From positions 3,808,001-3,872,000 of the forward strand of contig OZ241986.1 of assembly GCA_965204375.1 (NCBI GenBank): a DNA stretch of 64,000 nucleotides, written 5' to 3'. A program made the translations under genes and the position numbers. Under the pieces are notes generated by a model. That model saw only the letters and a program-made list of their open reading frames with translations. It made no database searches and was not told the DNA's origin. Shown piece after piece: positions 38,277-47,766 of the stretch (position 1 is the stretch's first letter; each line of letters begins with the position of its first letter). This stretch comes from Candidatus Latescibacterota bacterium (GTDB lineage Bacteria; Latescibacterota; UBA2968).

Positions 38277-40652
38277 TTATGCTGCGTGATAGAGCGCGTC
38301 GGTAAGTTCGCGGACAGCAGCGGCGTAACCCTCTCTGCCACCAAAGGCGCGAATGATCTCGGGTGCGGTACCGAGTCGCTTGATCGGATCAAGGGTGATA
38401 ATAGCGGGATTCTCCAAATCGGCGAAACCATCGTCCGAGTATTTGTCCAGAAGCGCATGAACGACCTTGCGGGCGAGTTCACCATATTTTGCAAAATAAT
38501 CGCGTTTCTTTACGTTGTCCGCGCGTTCTCTACGAGTCAGGGGTTTCTGGTCATAAGCAACATGACAGATTAAATCGAACGGATCGAAGCGCGGGCCTAC
38601 CACATCCCTCAGCGCATTAAAAATAACACCCTGTTTTTCCAACTCTTCGACAATCGCACGTTTCTTGTCGGCTCGCTTCCAGGAGTTCAGGAACGCATCG
38701 AGTGTGGCGTAGTTCTTTTGCACATTGCGGCGGGTATAGTCGCGCAAGTTCTCAGTGATAATTTTGCCGTCTTCACCCATGTATTGAACGCGCTCATTGA
38801 GAATGGTGACTCTGATACCATTGACTGTGACCTTCAGTGCCGGCCCGTAGTCTTCCGAGTCATCTTTGAAAAACGTATCTGCTGAGGAAAAAATAACTTC
38901 CTCACCCGTCAACTCATCAATCACAGGTTCTTCGTCCGTATCTTCCTCTACTCTGGAAATGTCTTCGTTTTGCAACGCCTCTTTGACGCGGACGGGATCA
39001 CCGTCAAACTCAGGATCGGCAAACAAAGCCGTTACATTGCGGAAATCCATGATCGTGAAGTAGTGCTTCCCAAAGTCCTCGTTGATGCGCGTACCGCGTC
39101 CAATAATCTGCTTGAACTCCGTCATCGAACCAATATTGGAATCCAGAACGATCAGTTTGCAAGTCTGTGCATCAATACCTGTGGTCATCAGCTTGGAAGT
39201 CGTAGCAATAACCGGGTATAGATCGTTGGGGTTAATAAACGCATCCAGGTGGCGTTTGCCCTCCTCATTATCTCCCGTAATCTGCATGATGTATCGGCTA
39301 TTTGAAGCCACAAGATCAGCATTGGCATTCACGAGTTCTCGCCGCATACCTTCGGCGTGTTCGATATCTACACAAAATACAATGGTCTTTGCATAGCGAT
39401 CGCTACCCTTGAGAAACTCGGTAATTTTTTCAGCCACCAGCTTTCTGCGATCCTCAACAATGATGTTTTTGTCGAAATCCTTCACATTGTAGATGCGATC
39501 CTCAACAAAATTCCCATCCTTATCTTTGAAGCCTTTAGGGGGACGCCACCCTTCGGCATCAATATCGAGCGTAACTTTGAGTACCTTATAAGGCGCGAGA
39601 AAACCGTCGTCAATACCCTGCCTGAGTGAGTAAGTGTAAATCGGATCGCCGAAGTATTCGGAACTCGATACCTCTGTGGTCTCTTTAGGCGTTGCCGTGA
39701 GGCCGATATGTGTTGCCCCGTTGAAATACTCGAGAATTTCACGCCACTTGCTGTCTTCGCGAGCACTGCCCCGGTGACACTCATCCACGACAACGAGATC
39801 AAAAAACCCGCGGCTAAATTGTTTATAGGCATCTTCGGATTTGCTGTCCGAAAGCCCCTGATAGAGCGCGAGGTAAATATTGTAGGCCGTATCGATATTC
39901 TTGTGTCTGACGACGGTCATCGCCTCCTTGAAGGGACGAAAATCGCCACGTACCGTTTGATCGATCAAAGCCGTGCGGTCAGCGAGCAACAAGACGCGCT
40001 TCTTGACACCGCTTTTCCAAAGGCGATAGATAATTTGGAACGCGGTATAAGTTTTCCCCGTGCCGGTAGCCATCACCAGAAGCACCCGCTTATCGCCTTG
40101 TGCGATTGCCTCAACAGTCCGGTTGATTGCTATTTGCTGATAATAGCGTGGAGAATGCCCGCTTCCATCCGTAAAATAATTTTGCGCGACAACGGGTTCA
40201 ATTTCCTCAGCGATGCCTCTATACGCTTTGTATTTGGCCCATAGAGTTTCGGGCGAAGGGAATGAATCGAGAGACAACTCAGATTCGAGATTGCCACTTG
40301 TCAGGGTTTTATCGTGAAAAACAAAACCATCGCCGTTGCTGCTAAACACAAAGGGAATGTCCAGAGTTGCAGCGTAGCCAAGTGCCTGCTGCATACCCGC
40401 GCCCACAGTGTGCTTGTTGTCCTTTGCCTCAATGACAGCGATGGGTATGTTCGGTTTGTAGTAGAGAATGTAATCGGCACGTTTCTTCTCACCCCGCGTA
40501 TGCAATTTACCCCGCACGTAAATCCGTCCATCCGTAAACGTGACCTCTTCCCGCACTTGTTCAAGGTCCCATCCAGCCCGATCTAAAGCCGGCGAGATGT
40601 ACTTCGTGCGGATGTCTTGTTCGGTGAGGGCTTTTTTGTTCATTGTTACCAT
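38277..40652 (-). CDS. hsdR: Type I R-M restriction subunit HsdR (EcoAI/EcoEI-like)
   Basis: ADYIL..IEAK, RYYQ, MATGTGKT, DECH, GLTATP, QIIGRGTR, DPFDLICHVAY. Confidence 0.96.
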   Translation of the reverse strand: MVTMNKKALTEQDIRTKYISPALDRAGWDLEQVREEVTFTDGRIYVRGKLHTRGEKKRADYILYYKPNIPIAVIEAKDNKHTVGAGMQQALGYAATLDIPFVFSSNGDGFVFHDKTLTSGNLESELSLDSFPSPETLWAKYKAYRGIAEEIEPVVAQNYFTDGSGHSPRYYQQIAINRTVEAIAQGDKRVLLVMATGTGKTYTAFQIIYRLWKSGVKKRVLLLADRTALIDQTVRGDFRPFKEAMTVVRHKNIDTAYNIYLALYQGLSDSKSEDAYKQFSRGFFDLVVVDECHRGSAREDSKWREILEYFNGATHIGLTATPKETTEVSSSEYFGDPIYTYSLRQGIDDGFLAPYKVLKVTLDIDAEGWRPPKGFKDKDGNFVEDRIYNVKDFDKNIIVEDRRKLVAEKITEFLKGSDRYAKTIVFCVDIEHAEGMRRELVNANADLVASNSRYIMQITGDNEEGKRHLDAFINPNDLYPVIATTSKLMTTGIDAQTCKLIVLDSNIGSMTEFKQIIGRGTRINEDFGKHYFTIMDFRNVTALFADPEFDGDPVRVKEALQNEDISRVEEDTDEEPVIDELTGEEVIFSSADTFFKDDSEDYGPALKVTVNGIRVTILNERVQYMGEDGKIITENLRDYTRRNVQKNYATLDAFLNSWKRADKKRAIVEELEKQGVIFNALRDVVGPRFDPFDLICHVAYDQKPLTRRERADNVKKRDYFAKYGELARKVVHALLDKYSDDGFADLENPAIITLDPIKRLGTAPEIIRAFGGREGYAAAVRELTDALYHAA

Positions 40653-40706
40653 CTCTTGTTTTCCACACTACCCACATCACCCCAATTGCGAATCTGACCA
40701 CCTTCC

Positions 40707-40772
40707 CATCCTGATTATACCGTCAAACCTCCATCCTGTTCATCCTCCCATCCTGCCTATCCTGATCCAGAC
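40707..40772 (+). repeat. GTCTGAATCAGGAT element right arm
   Basis: catcctgttcatcctcccatcctgcctatcctgatccagac (40732-40772) preceded by a partial catcctgatt. Confidence 0.85.
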
Positions 40773-40790
40773 AGTTTCTTCCTCATCCCG

Positions 40791-42296
40791 TCATCTGAGA
40801 AGCATGAAGGTTGACAGAGGCAGGCTAACGATTCGGGGATCGTCAATTTCTTCGGCATTGTCCTGTGTGATCAGCAGGCCAAAAGCGGCATTGTTCACTG
40901 ATTTTTCCAGAAATGACCGAATGCCCAGCGTATCCCGTAAGGGATCTATCCTGCGTTGATATTTGATTTCTACCGGCACGCGTTGGGCACCGACGGTCAA
41001 AATGAAATCCACTTCACGGTCTATACCTCGTTCGGGAAAATGAGCGATGTCCAATCCGTGAATCGTCGAGGCAGTTGCGCCGAAAATACTCTCGGCGAGA
41101 TGCCCGGCTAATGGGGTGAGTTCGGGACGCTCTGATAGGGCTTCCGACGTCAATGGAATCTGCTCTTGAAGCCAACTGGCTCGCAATCCGTGATCAACCA
41201 GACAAAGTTTGGAACTCCCCCGCTTTCTTTTAAGACGTATTTCAAGCGGAGGAATCAATCGAAGAAGAAGTGTCTCGCCGAGAAATCTCAAATAGTGCGT
41301 CACGCGCTGACTGCCGATATTTGCGCCGAGCGACAGACGCGCCTCGTCCGCAAGCATTGAAACCGTCGGCGTCTGCCCAGCGTAGCGACAAGCCAGACGA
41401 AAAAGTTCTTCAAGCAGTTGAGGATCTCTCTTTCGACCGCGATCACCAACCCGAAGATCGTGTTGGATCACGCGCTGGATCACGGTTTCGTTCAACTGAT
41501 CTGCAAGCACTGCCCATTCGACATCCTTCTGTTTGTGGACGATGGGATAGCCGCCGCGCTCTGAAAAATGTCGAAACGCCTCATTCCGAAATCCCGTGTT
41601 ATCCTCACCATGAGCACGCAGTTCCCGCCAGAAATTCTTGTCAATCAGAAACCGCAGGCCGTTGTCCTGCAGGAATGGCTCCGGTGCTTCCAACTCGCGC
41701 AACGCACCGATTTCGGTAAGCGAAAGCACCCCCGCCTCAATAGTGTTAATGCGTCCTGCCAGACTATCCCGGCCTCTTTCAATCCTCAGTGCAGAACTTC
41801 CAGTAACGACAACTTTTACCGAAGCATGATCTACGAGAAACTTGAGTTGTGCATGCCAGCCATCCAGATTTTGAATCTCGTCAAAAAAGAGATATGCCTT
41901 CTGCCCATCTCGCGCTAACGCATTGAAACGCGCCCCTGTTATCTTTCGTTCAAACCAGCGGGAAATGGTGAGAATCGGATCCTCTATCCTTTGCAACGAT
42001 GCCAATTCCTCAAACTGCACGCGAAGGATGCTTGTGGGAGGCACGCCTTCGTCGAGCAAATCCGCAATAATTTGAAACTGTGCCGTCGTCTTTCCTACCT
42101 GGCGCGGGCCTCGCACCACGATAATCGGAGCTATCTCTGCATCCAGACGACGACGTATCTGCGCGACCAGATGGCGGCGCGTCCGCGGTTGTGGCGGCAT
42201 GAGATCGCCCTCCCACCACGGGTTCAGATCACGCAAGTCAGCGACCAATTGTGGCGGGAGCCAGCTATCGGCAAAAAGCGAATCCTGACTGCTCAT
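40791..42296 (-). CDS. AAA_14 ATPase with DUF4143/PD-(D/E)xK C-terminus
   Basis: GPRQVGKT, FFDEIQ, TGSS, SLAGR, GGYP, EVDFIL..PVEIK. Confidence 0.92.
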   Translation of the reverse strand: MSSQDSLFADSWLPPQLVADLRDLNPWWEGDLMPPQPRTRRHLVAQIRRRLDAEIAPIIVVRGPRQVGKTTAQFQIIADLLDEGVPPTSILRVQFEELASLQRIEDPILTISRWFERKITGARFNALARDGQKAYLFFDEIQNLDGWHAQLKFLVDHASVKVVVTGSSALRIERGRDSLAGRINTIEAGVLSLTEIGALRELEAPEPFLQDNGLRFLIDKNFWRELRAHGEDNTGFRNEAFRHFSERGGYPIVHKQKDVEWAVLADQLNETVIQRVIQHDLRVGDRGRKRDPQLLEELFRLACRYAGQTPTVSMLADEARLSLGANIGSQRVTHYLRFLGETLLLRLIPPLEIRLKRKRGSSKLCLVDHGLRASWLQEQIPLTSEALSERPELTPLAGHLAESIFGATASTIHGLDIAHFPERGIDREVDFILTVGAQRVPVEIKYQRRIDPLRDTLGIRSFLEKSVNNAAFGLLITQDNAEEIDDPRIVSLPLSTFMLLR

Positions 42297-42401
42297 GATC
42301 AATCCTCTCTCCAAAATCTTGCATTTCGACAACGCGAAACTTCGGTTAGCTCCACACCTCGATAATATACTGCAGTACACATCGCTTACCAACCCTCCCC
42401 C

Positions 42402-42517
42402 TTGTCTGAATCAGGATTTACAGGATTTTAGGATAAGCAGGATACCCCTTACCACATCCCACCAAACCTGCCAAACCCTCATCCTGTCCATCCTCCCATC
42501 CTGCCTATCCTGATCCA
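42402..42517 (+). repeat. Most complete copy of the GTCTGAATCAGGAT inverted-repeat element (both arms)
   Basis: gtctgaatcaggat..caggat..ggat..caggat - C/A-rich spacer - atcctg..atcct..atcctg..atcctgatcca; overlaps the sulfatase stop. Confidence 0.9.
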
Positions 42518-43836
42518 AAGTGCCTCCCCTCCTTCGCTGCTTGCCATTGGTCTTCTGTATCAATCTCGGCGCCGGGATCGCCCTGTTGTTTCATCCAGCA
42601 ATCGAGCGCGGCAGACAGGCGTTTCTTCGCCTCTGCGTGTGCGGGATCATCGGCCAGATTATTCAACTCGCAGGGATCCTCATCCATCCGATACAACTGC
42701 TCGGGCGGGCGGCGCATGTACCGATCCACCAAAAACCGCGTATGCTCATTAAACGTCGTATCAAAAACCCACGTCGGCCAGTACTGGTGCCATCGAAACT
42801 GCCCCATCAGATGCTTCTCAATATAGATCGCCTCGGGCGTCAGATTGCGAATATAGTGATACGTACCATCCGTCACCGCGCGGATCGGATAGGGTGGCCC
42901 CTCGGGAATATTATTATGCATAAAATACGCGAACGCCCGATGATCCTCTGCCTCCCCCAAAAGCACAGACATAAAACTCGCCCCATCAAAATCAATCGCA
43001 TCGGAATCACCGCCCGCAGCCTCAATCAGCGTAGGCATAACATCCTCATACTGAATAACCGCATCGGTATATCCCGGCTTCACCACGCCGGGCCAGCGCA
43101 CGACAAAACCCGTATGAACACCCGTATTCCAATTCGTCCACTTGCACCCGGGAAACTGCGACCCCTGCTCAGACGTAAAAATCACCAGCGTATTATCCGC
43201 CTGCCCGGTCTCATCCAGCACCGCCAGAATCTCACCCACCTCCTGATCCAGCACCTCGATCTCCGCCAGGTATTTGGCATAATCACTCCGCGTCTCCTCC
43301 GTATCCGCCAGATACGGAGGCAACTTCAACGCATCCAGATCAAAATGCTCGGGATTGCCCAGCGTCCACGGCGCGTGCGGCTCAAAAAGCCCGGCCACAA
43401 GACAAAAAGGCGCATCCCGATCTTGCGCCACAAACGCGCGAATACCCTCAACGCCAAACTCGGGATCGGGATGTGTGCATCCCCCCTCAATACCCGGCAC
43501 ATACTCAAAAGGAAAACTCTTATTGGGACCCACATGCTTCTTGCCACACAGCCCCACGCGATACCCCAGATCCCCCAGAAAATGCGGAAGACTCCTCGTC
43601 CCTGGACGCGCAGCAGAATGATTCCAGCACGACCCATTGCGCGCCGGGTACAATCCCGTATAAAGCGCCGTACGGCACGGATTGCACATCGCCATAGGCA
43701 AATACGCCCGATTAAAAACCAGACCATCTCGTGCCAACCCGTCAATATTCGGCGTCTGCACATTCTGCCCACCGTACAGCGACAAATCGAGATACGTCGC
43801 ATCATCTGCAATCATAATCAAAATATTCGGTTCCAT
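42505..43836 (-). CDS. Sulfatase (sulfamidase-like)
   Basis: PNILIMIADD, CNPCRTALYTG, GKKH, PHAPW, SEQG. Confidence 0.92.
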   Translation of the reverse strand: MEPNILIMIADDATYLDLSLYGGQNVQTPNIDGLARDGLVFNRAYLPMAMCNPCRTALYTGLYPARNGSCWNHSAARPGTRSLPHFLGDLGYRVGLCGKKHVGPNKSFPFEYVPGIEGGCTHPDPEFGVEGIRAFVAQDRDAPFCLVAGLFEPHAPWTLGNPEHFDLDALKLPPYLADTEETRSDYAKYLAEIEVLDQEVGEILAVLDETGQADNTLVIFTSEQGSQFPGCKWTNWNTGVHTGFVVRWPGVVKPGYTDAVIQYEDVMPTLIEAAGGDSDAIDFDGASFMSVLLGEAEDHRAFAYFMHNNIPEGPPYPIRAVTDGTYHYIRNLTPEAIYIEKHLMGQFRWHQYWPTWVFDTTFNEHTRFLVDRYMRRPPEQLYRMDEDPCELNNLADDPAHAEAKKRLSAALDCWMKQQGDPGAEIDTEDQWQAAKEGRHFGSG

Positions 43837-45275
43837 AGCCCCTCCTTTTGCAGCCCCAATCGCACCAGCAACTCTGACGGCGCATCAATAGCGCGCAACT
43901 TTTCAACCATCAAACTCTGCATACGGGCCAGCGCATCCGATTCACTATCGGCGAGATCATTCTCCTGATCGGGATCCGAAGGCATGTGATACAACCGCGT
44001 CTTGTGCTTCTCGGGATGTCGCGCAGGCGTCTGCTTGCTCCGAAGCACATCGGCACCCCAATCAAACTGATTCCGATTCGCAATAATACTCGAATAAGCA
44101 TACACCGGAGGATTGGCCTCATCCACCCCCTGCAACAACACGTACTCCCCATCGGTAATATTGCACGTCCCCGAAAACTGACCGTACAAAATCGCATCGC
44201 GCCCGGGCGTATCCCCATCCCGCAGAAACGGGATCAAACTCTGCCCGTGCAAATTCACCCCATCGGGCACCGCCAACCCCATAGCCTCTACCACAGTCGG
44301 AAAATAATCAACCGGCTGCGCAAACTGCACAGGACGCGAACCGTGACCAAACTCGGGATGCCACACAATCATCGGAATCCGCGTAATCTCATTCCAGAGC
44401 ACCCAGTTCTTTCCCGTACGCCCGTGATCGCCATTGTGCGTCCCGTGATCCGACGCGAGAATAATCATCGTATCATCCATCAACCCCATATTCTCAACCT
44501 GATCGAGAAAATGTCCCACCCAGCGATCCACCATCGTCACCTCACCCGCATAAATCGCCTGCACCCGCTTCAACTCCGCCTCCGTCAAATTGCCATCCAC
44601 CCAATCGTACGGCGCAACCGGATACTCCATCACATCGTCCTCCGAATCATCGTACAACTTCACATAGTGGCGTGGCGGATCCCAAGGCTCGTGCGGATCA
44701 AAAGAATCGATCATCAAAAAGAACTCCCGATCCGCATTGTGCTGAAGCCACCGCGCCGCCCGTGAAAACAACTGCGGTGAAAACCAATCGCGTTCTTCCT
44801 TGCGGATATATTGCGCATTGCGAAAATGCGGTTGCTCGGGCCTGTTATGCGGTGGATAATCCAGCGTCCGATTCTCAAAAACAATATCAGAATCCGTCAC
44901 ATACCGGTCCCGCTCCTGCCCGCGCACAAAATCAAACCCCGAAAACGGACGCCAGTACCCACTGCCCGGATTGCTCGTCCAGTGATGATACACATCCGTA
45001 AAAAAGTAGGACACCTTACCCGCCTCATGCACCGTCCCACCCAGCGTCACATCATCAGGCTCTATACCGCCCCATCCCCGCCACGGAAACTCGTATCGCC
45101 CCGTCGCAATATCCCGGCGACACGGCAACGTGGGATACGAAGCCAAATACGCATTCTCAAAAACCGCTCCCCGCTCGGCAAAACGATCTATATTCGGCGT
45201 GTGAATCCGAGAATTGTCATAACACCCCACGTGATCTCGACGCCAGGTATCCAGCACAATCAGAATAACATTCAT
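43818..45275 (-). CDS. Sulfatase-fold hydrolase with atypical TLPCR motif
   Basis: NVILIVLDT.R.DH, SYPTLPCR, FDPHEPWDPP, SDHG. Confidence 0.88.
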   Translation of the reverse strand: MNVILIVLDTWRRDHVGCYDNSRIHTPNIDRFAERGAVFENAYLASYPTLPCRRDIATGRYEFPWRGWGGIEPDDVTLGGTVHEAGKVSYFFTDVYHHWTSNPGSGYWRPFSGFDFVRGQERDRYVTDSDIVFENRTLDYPPHNRPEQPHFRNAQYIRKEERDWFSPQLFSRAARWLQHNADREFFLMIDSFDPHEPWDPPRHYVKLYDDSEDDVMEYPVAPYDWVDGNLTEAELKRVQAIYAGEVTMVDRWVGHFLDQVENMGLMDDTMIILASDHGTHNGDHGRTGKNWVLWNEITRIPMIVWHPEFGHGSRPVQFAQPVDYFPTVVEAMGLAVPDGVNLHGQSLIPFLRDGDTPGRDAILYGQFSGTCNITDGEYVLLQGVDEANPPVYAYSSIIANRNQFDWGADVLRSKQTPARHPEKHKTRLYHMPSDPDQENDLADSESDALARMQSLMVEKLRAIDAPSELLVRLGLQKEGLWNRIF

Positions 45276-45285
45276 AAAACACTCC

Positions 45286-45978
45286 TCATGTTAAAACCTC
45301 TTCGACTCTCACCCGCAGATCCGCCACAGAACCACCCGCGGCATTGAGCACCACAGGACCATCATACCCATTCGTCTTGAGCGCGCGGACCACATCGACA
45401 TCATCCTCTCCAATCGCCACCATCCCGATACGCTCCACATACTTATCCACAATCCCAACAGCATGATCAACATCCATTGCATTGAGCCAGACATGCGCGC
45501 GCTCGGGCAGATCGGGCATCAAAGCGTCAAAATCCGCCGTACTTTCTAAACACGTATCCACCCCATTACCCACATTCAACGTCACATCGGAAATACTTTC
45601 AAGCAACGCCTGCACACCCCCCACCAGAGCCTCGCGCGCCTCGCGGGAACGCGCACCACAGAGAAAACTCGCACACCGCAAGCGCAGAGCACGCGCCAGA
45701 TGAACATCCCACTCAACCTGCCGCAAATTAGAACCTGGATCAAACGCGCCCCTGCTATTCACCCCCGTCAAATCGCGCACATGTAACCCCATCAACGCCA
45801 CACCTGCATCGTCAAAATAATCGCGAATCATCCGCACCGAAGCATCGGGATGAAAAGGCGAACTCGCCGTAAACGCACAATGCAACACCATAGCATCAAA
45901 ACCCGCTGCCTTTGCAATATTCAAGGCAGCGGGCAACACAGCTTTTGGACACATAACAGGATCAAAACACAAACGCAA
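45286..45978 (-). CDS. Xylose-isomerase-like TIM barrel protein, metal ligands apparently degenerate
   Basis: AKAAGFDAM, LKTNGYDGPVVL; GGAGG before TTG 45978. Confidence 0.6.
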   Translation of the reverse strand: MRLCFDPVMCPKAVLPAALNIAKAAGFDAMVLHCAFTASSPFHPDASVRMIRDYFDDAGVALMGLHVRDLTGVNSRGAFDPGSNLRQVEWDVHLARALRLRCASFLCGARSREAREALVGGVQALLESISDVTLNVGNGVDTCLESTADFDALMPDLPERAHVWLNAMDVDHAVGIVDKYVERIGMVAIGEDDVDVVRALKTNGYDGPVVLNAAGGSVADLRVRVEEVLT

Positions 45979-46067
45979 ACCAAACCTCCAGAAGTTAAAA
46001 AAAGATTGGGCAGTACCTCTCAGTGAAAGCATCGCCCTTCTACACAACGACTCTTATCTGAGCACAA

Positions 46068-46601
46068 TTAAACATCATCTTCATCTTCAATCACCTCTTG
46101 AGGAGTATTGATCCAATCGACCAAAACCTGTTGAAGGTCGATTTCTGGATTAAAAACCAATAACTCTTCAACACGAGCGGCTCGGAGTAGGCGTTGATCA
46201 GATGCAACCAGTACCAGGTCATCCCCTACATTGCGAAGATGTGTTGCAATCTCCAAAACGGAACGTAACACAACGCCATCAACACTGTTGAGCGAGTGAG
46301 TTTCGATTAAATTCATTGATGCCCAAATAAAAGAATCCGGCACCGAAATCGTTTTGAAATCCGACTGACTATCGATTACCTCATAATCGAGATTAATTAC
46401 TGCTTGAGAAAAATCGCGGTTTGTGATCCGTCCGTCATTCTTCTTACGCACAAAGATCCAAAACACTTCGAGAGCACCGAAAACAGAGCACATCAAGCGA
46501 TTCAAAGGAACATTATCAAAAAGAAAGTTCACTTTATCGCTACCGACCTCTGAGGTATAACGCTTGACAAGTGCGCTGGCATCAAAGTAAAAATGGAACA
46601 C
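46068..46601 (-). CDS. VapC-like PIN toxin
   Basis: YFDASALVKRY..E.GS, LE, LNSVDG, VASDQRL. Confidence 0.88.
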   Translation of the reverse strand: MFHFYFDASALVKRYTSEVGSDKVNFLFDNVPLNRLMCSVFGALEVFWIFVRKKNDGRITNRDFSQAVINLDYEVIDSQSDFKTISVPDSFIWASMNLIETHSLNSVDGVVLRSVLEIATHLRNVGDDLVLVASDQRLLRAARVEELLVFNPEIDLQQVLVDWINTPQEVIEDEDDV

Positions 46602-46603
46602 TA

Positions 46604-46927
46604 TTATTCCTCGCGTTCTTTGATAATTGCACTGCTAAACTCGTTATCCTCCCCTCGGATTCCGTTGCGCACCATACGCGCTTGAAGTTCTTCAGCAGGG
46701 ATGGGTTCTCCAGAAATTCCCATCTTTTCACGCATTTCACGGAAAATTTTTGCATGTCGCTTTTTGTTGCGTCCGTAATAGGCCATAACCTCTGTACCGG
46801 TTTTAAAATTCTTAGGAGTTTCTGGAAATAATTCATCAAAAAGCCAGGAAAGTTGCCAACTCGTCTCCTCAACCGTTTTTTCTAATTGATCTAAACGTCG
46901 TGCCAAAGTTTCGGGCGTTTCTGCCAT
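46604..46927 (-). CDS. Putative cognate antitoxin
   Basis: Directly upstream of the PIN gene; AGGAGG RBS; ends SSAIIKEREE like VapB-type antitoxins. Confidence 0.7.
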   Translation of the reverse strand: MAETPETLARRLDQLEKTVEETSWQLSWLFDELFPETPKNFKTGTEVMAYYGRNKKRHAKIFREMREKMGISGEPIPAEELQARMVRNGIRGEDNEFSSAIIKEREE

Positions 46928-46986
46928 GGTAAAAATCCTCCTTTTTATATAACCCAATAGAGGTCACCATCCTACCCTTCACACTT

Positions 46987-47766
46987 CTACATCCCCTCCC
47001 AATACTCCCACATATCATCGGGATCTTCAAACTTCAGATCATCCCAATTCGTCCATCGAAAACGCGTAATAATCGCCATGCGAATCTCATCGCTACAATT
47101 CATACTCGCGCTGTGAACCAAATGACTGTGCCAGATCATGGCGGATCCCGCCGGCCCAGCAATCTCCTCATAATCCGCATCATCCCAATCGAGAATCTCC
47201 AGCGGCCTCGTCGAACGCGGCTCGCCCTCGTAAATCGGCAAATCGTAAAACGTCTTACCCAGACTCACCCGCGAATGCGTTCTAAAATACTCCGCCATGT
47301 GTTTATGCGTCCCCGGCCACACACAGGTACCGCCGCCCTGGGGCTTCACATCATTGAGATACAGCGTAATACCCACCGTCCAATTATTCACAACACCGCT
47401 GCCAAGCCCATGGCCATCCATATGACTGCCTTTGGGACCTTTCCACTCGCCACCCTGTGGAAACCGCAAATTCGCCGACGTAATGGGTGGATGCAAAGGC
47501 GCCAAACGCCCCTTACCAGCCAACTCCTCAACCATACTGTACAGCGGCGAATCGTAAATTAGCGCGTGAAATGCCGCGTGCCCATCCATCCCCTGAGACC
47601 CCTCTTTCCCAACCCACGTAGAAGGATCATTGCGATCCACCGGCAAATGATCCCAGATCACATCTCGCGCGGCCTCCATCTGTTCGGGCGTCACCACATC
47701 GCGTTTGATCACATAGCCCTTCTCCCGAAACACCTCTTTATCATCAACCGTCAAATACGCCATCAC
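46987..47766 (-). CDS. Phytanoyl-CoA dioxygenase (PhyH) family Fe(II)/2OG oxygenase
   Basis: FREKGY, HMD, GGT.VWPGTH, LVHSA..N...R. Confidence 0.9.
   Translation of the reverse strand: MMAYLTVDDKEVFREKGYVIKRDVVTPEQMEAARDVIWDHLPVDRNDPSTWVGKEGSQGMDGHAAFHALIYDSPLYSMVEELAGKGRLAPLHPPITSANLRFPQGGEWKGPKGSHMDGHGLGSGVVNNWTVGITLYLNDVKPQGGGTCVWPGTHKHMAEYFRTHSRVSLGKTFYDLPIYEGEPRSTRPLEILDWDDADYEEIAGPAGSAMIWHSHLVHSASMNCSDEIRMAIITRFRWTNWDDLKFEDPDDMWEYWEGM

Noticed and set aside
23389-42517. Prophage, ICE or classical integron
   Set aside because: No integrase, tRNA target, structural or conjugation genes, and I did not see canonical attC RYYYAAC/GTTRRRY ends on the repeats.
42520-43968. 482-aa plus-strand ORF (likewise 51930-53144, 21271-22140, 22023-22886, 43986-44765, 50224-50997, 15097-15936)
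   Set aside because: Antisense shadows of well-supported minus-strand genes; R/H/I/P-rich with no motifs, as expected from codon bias.
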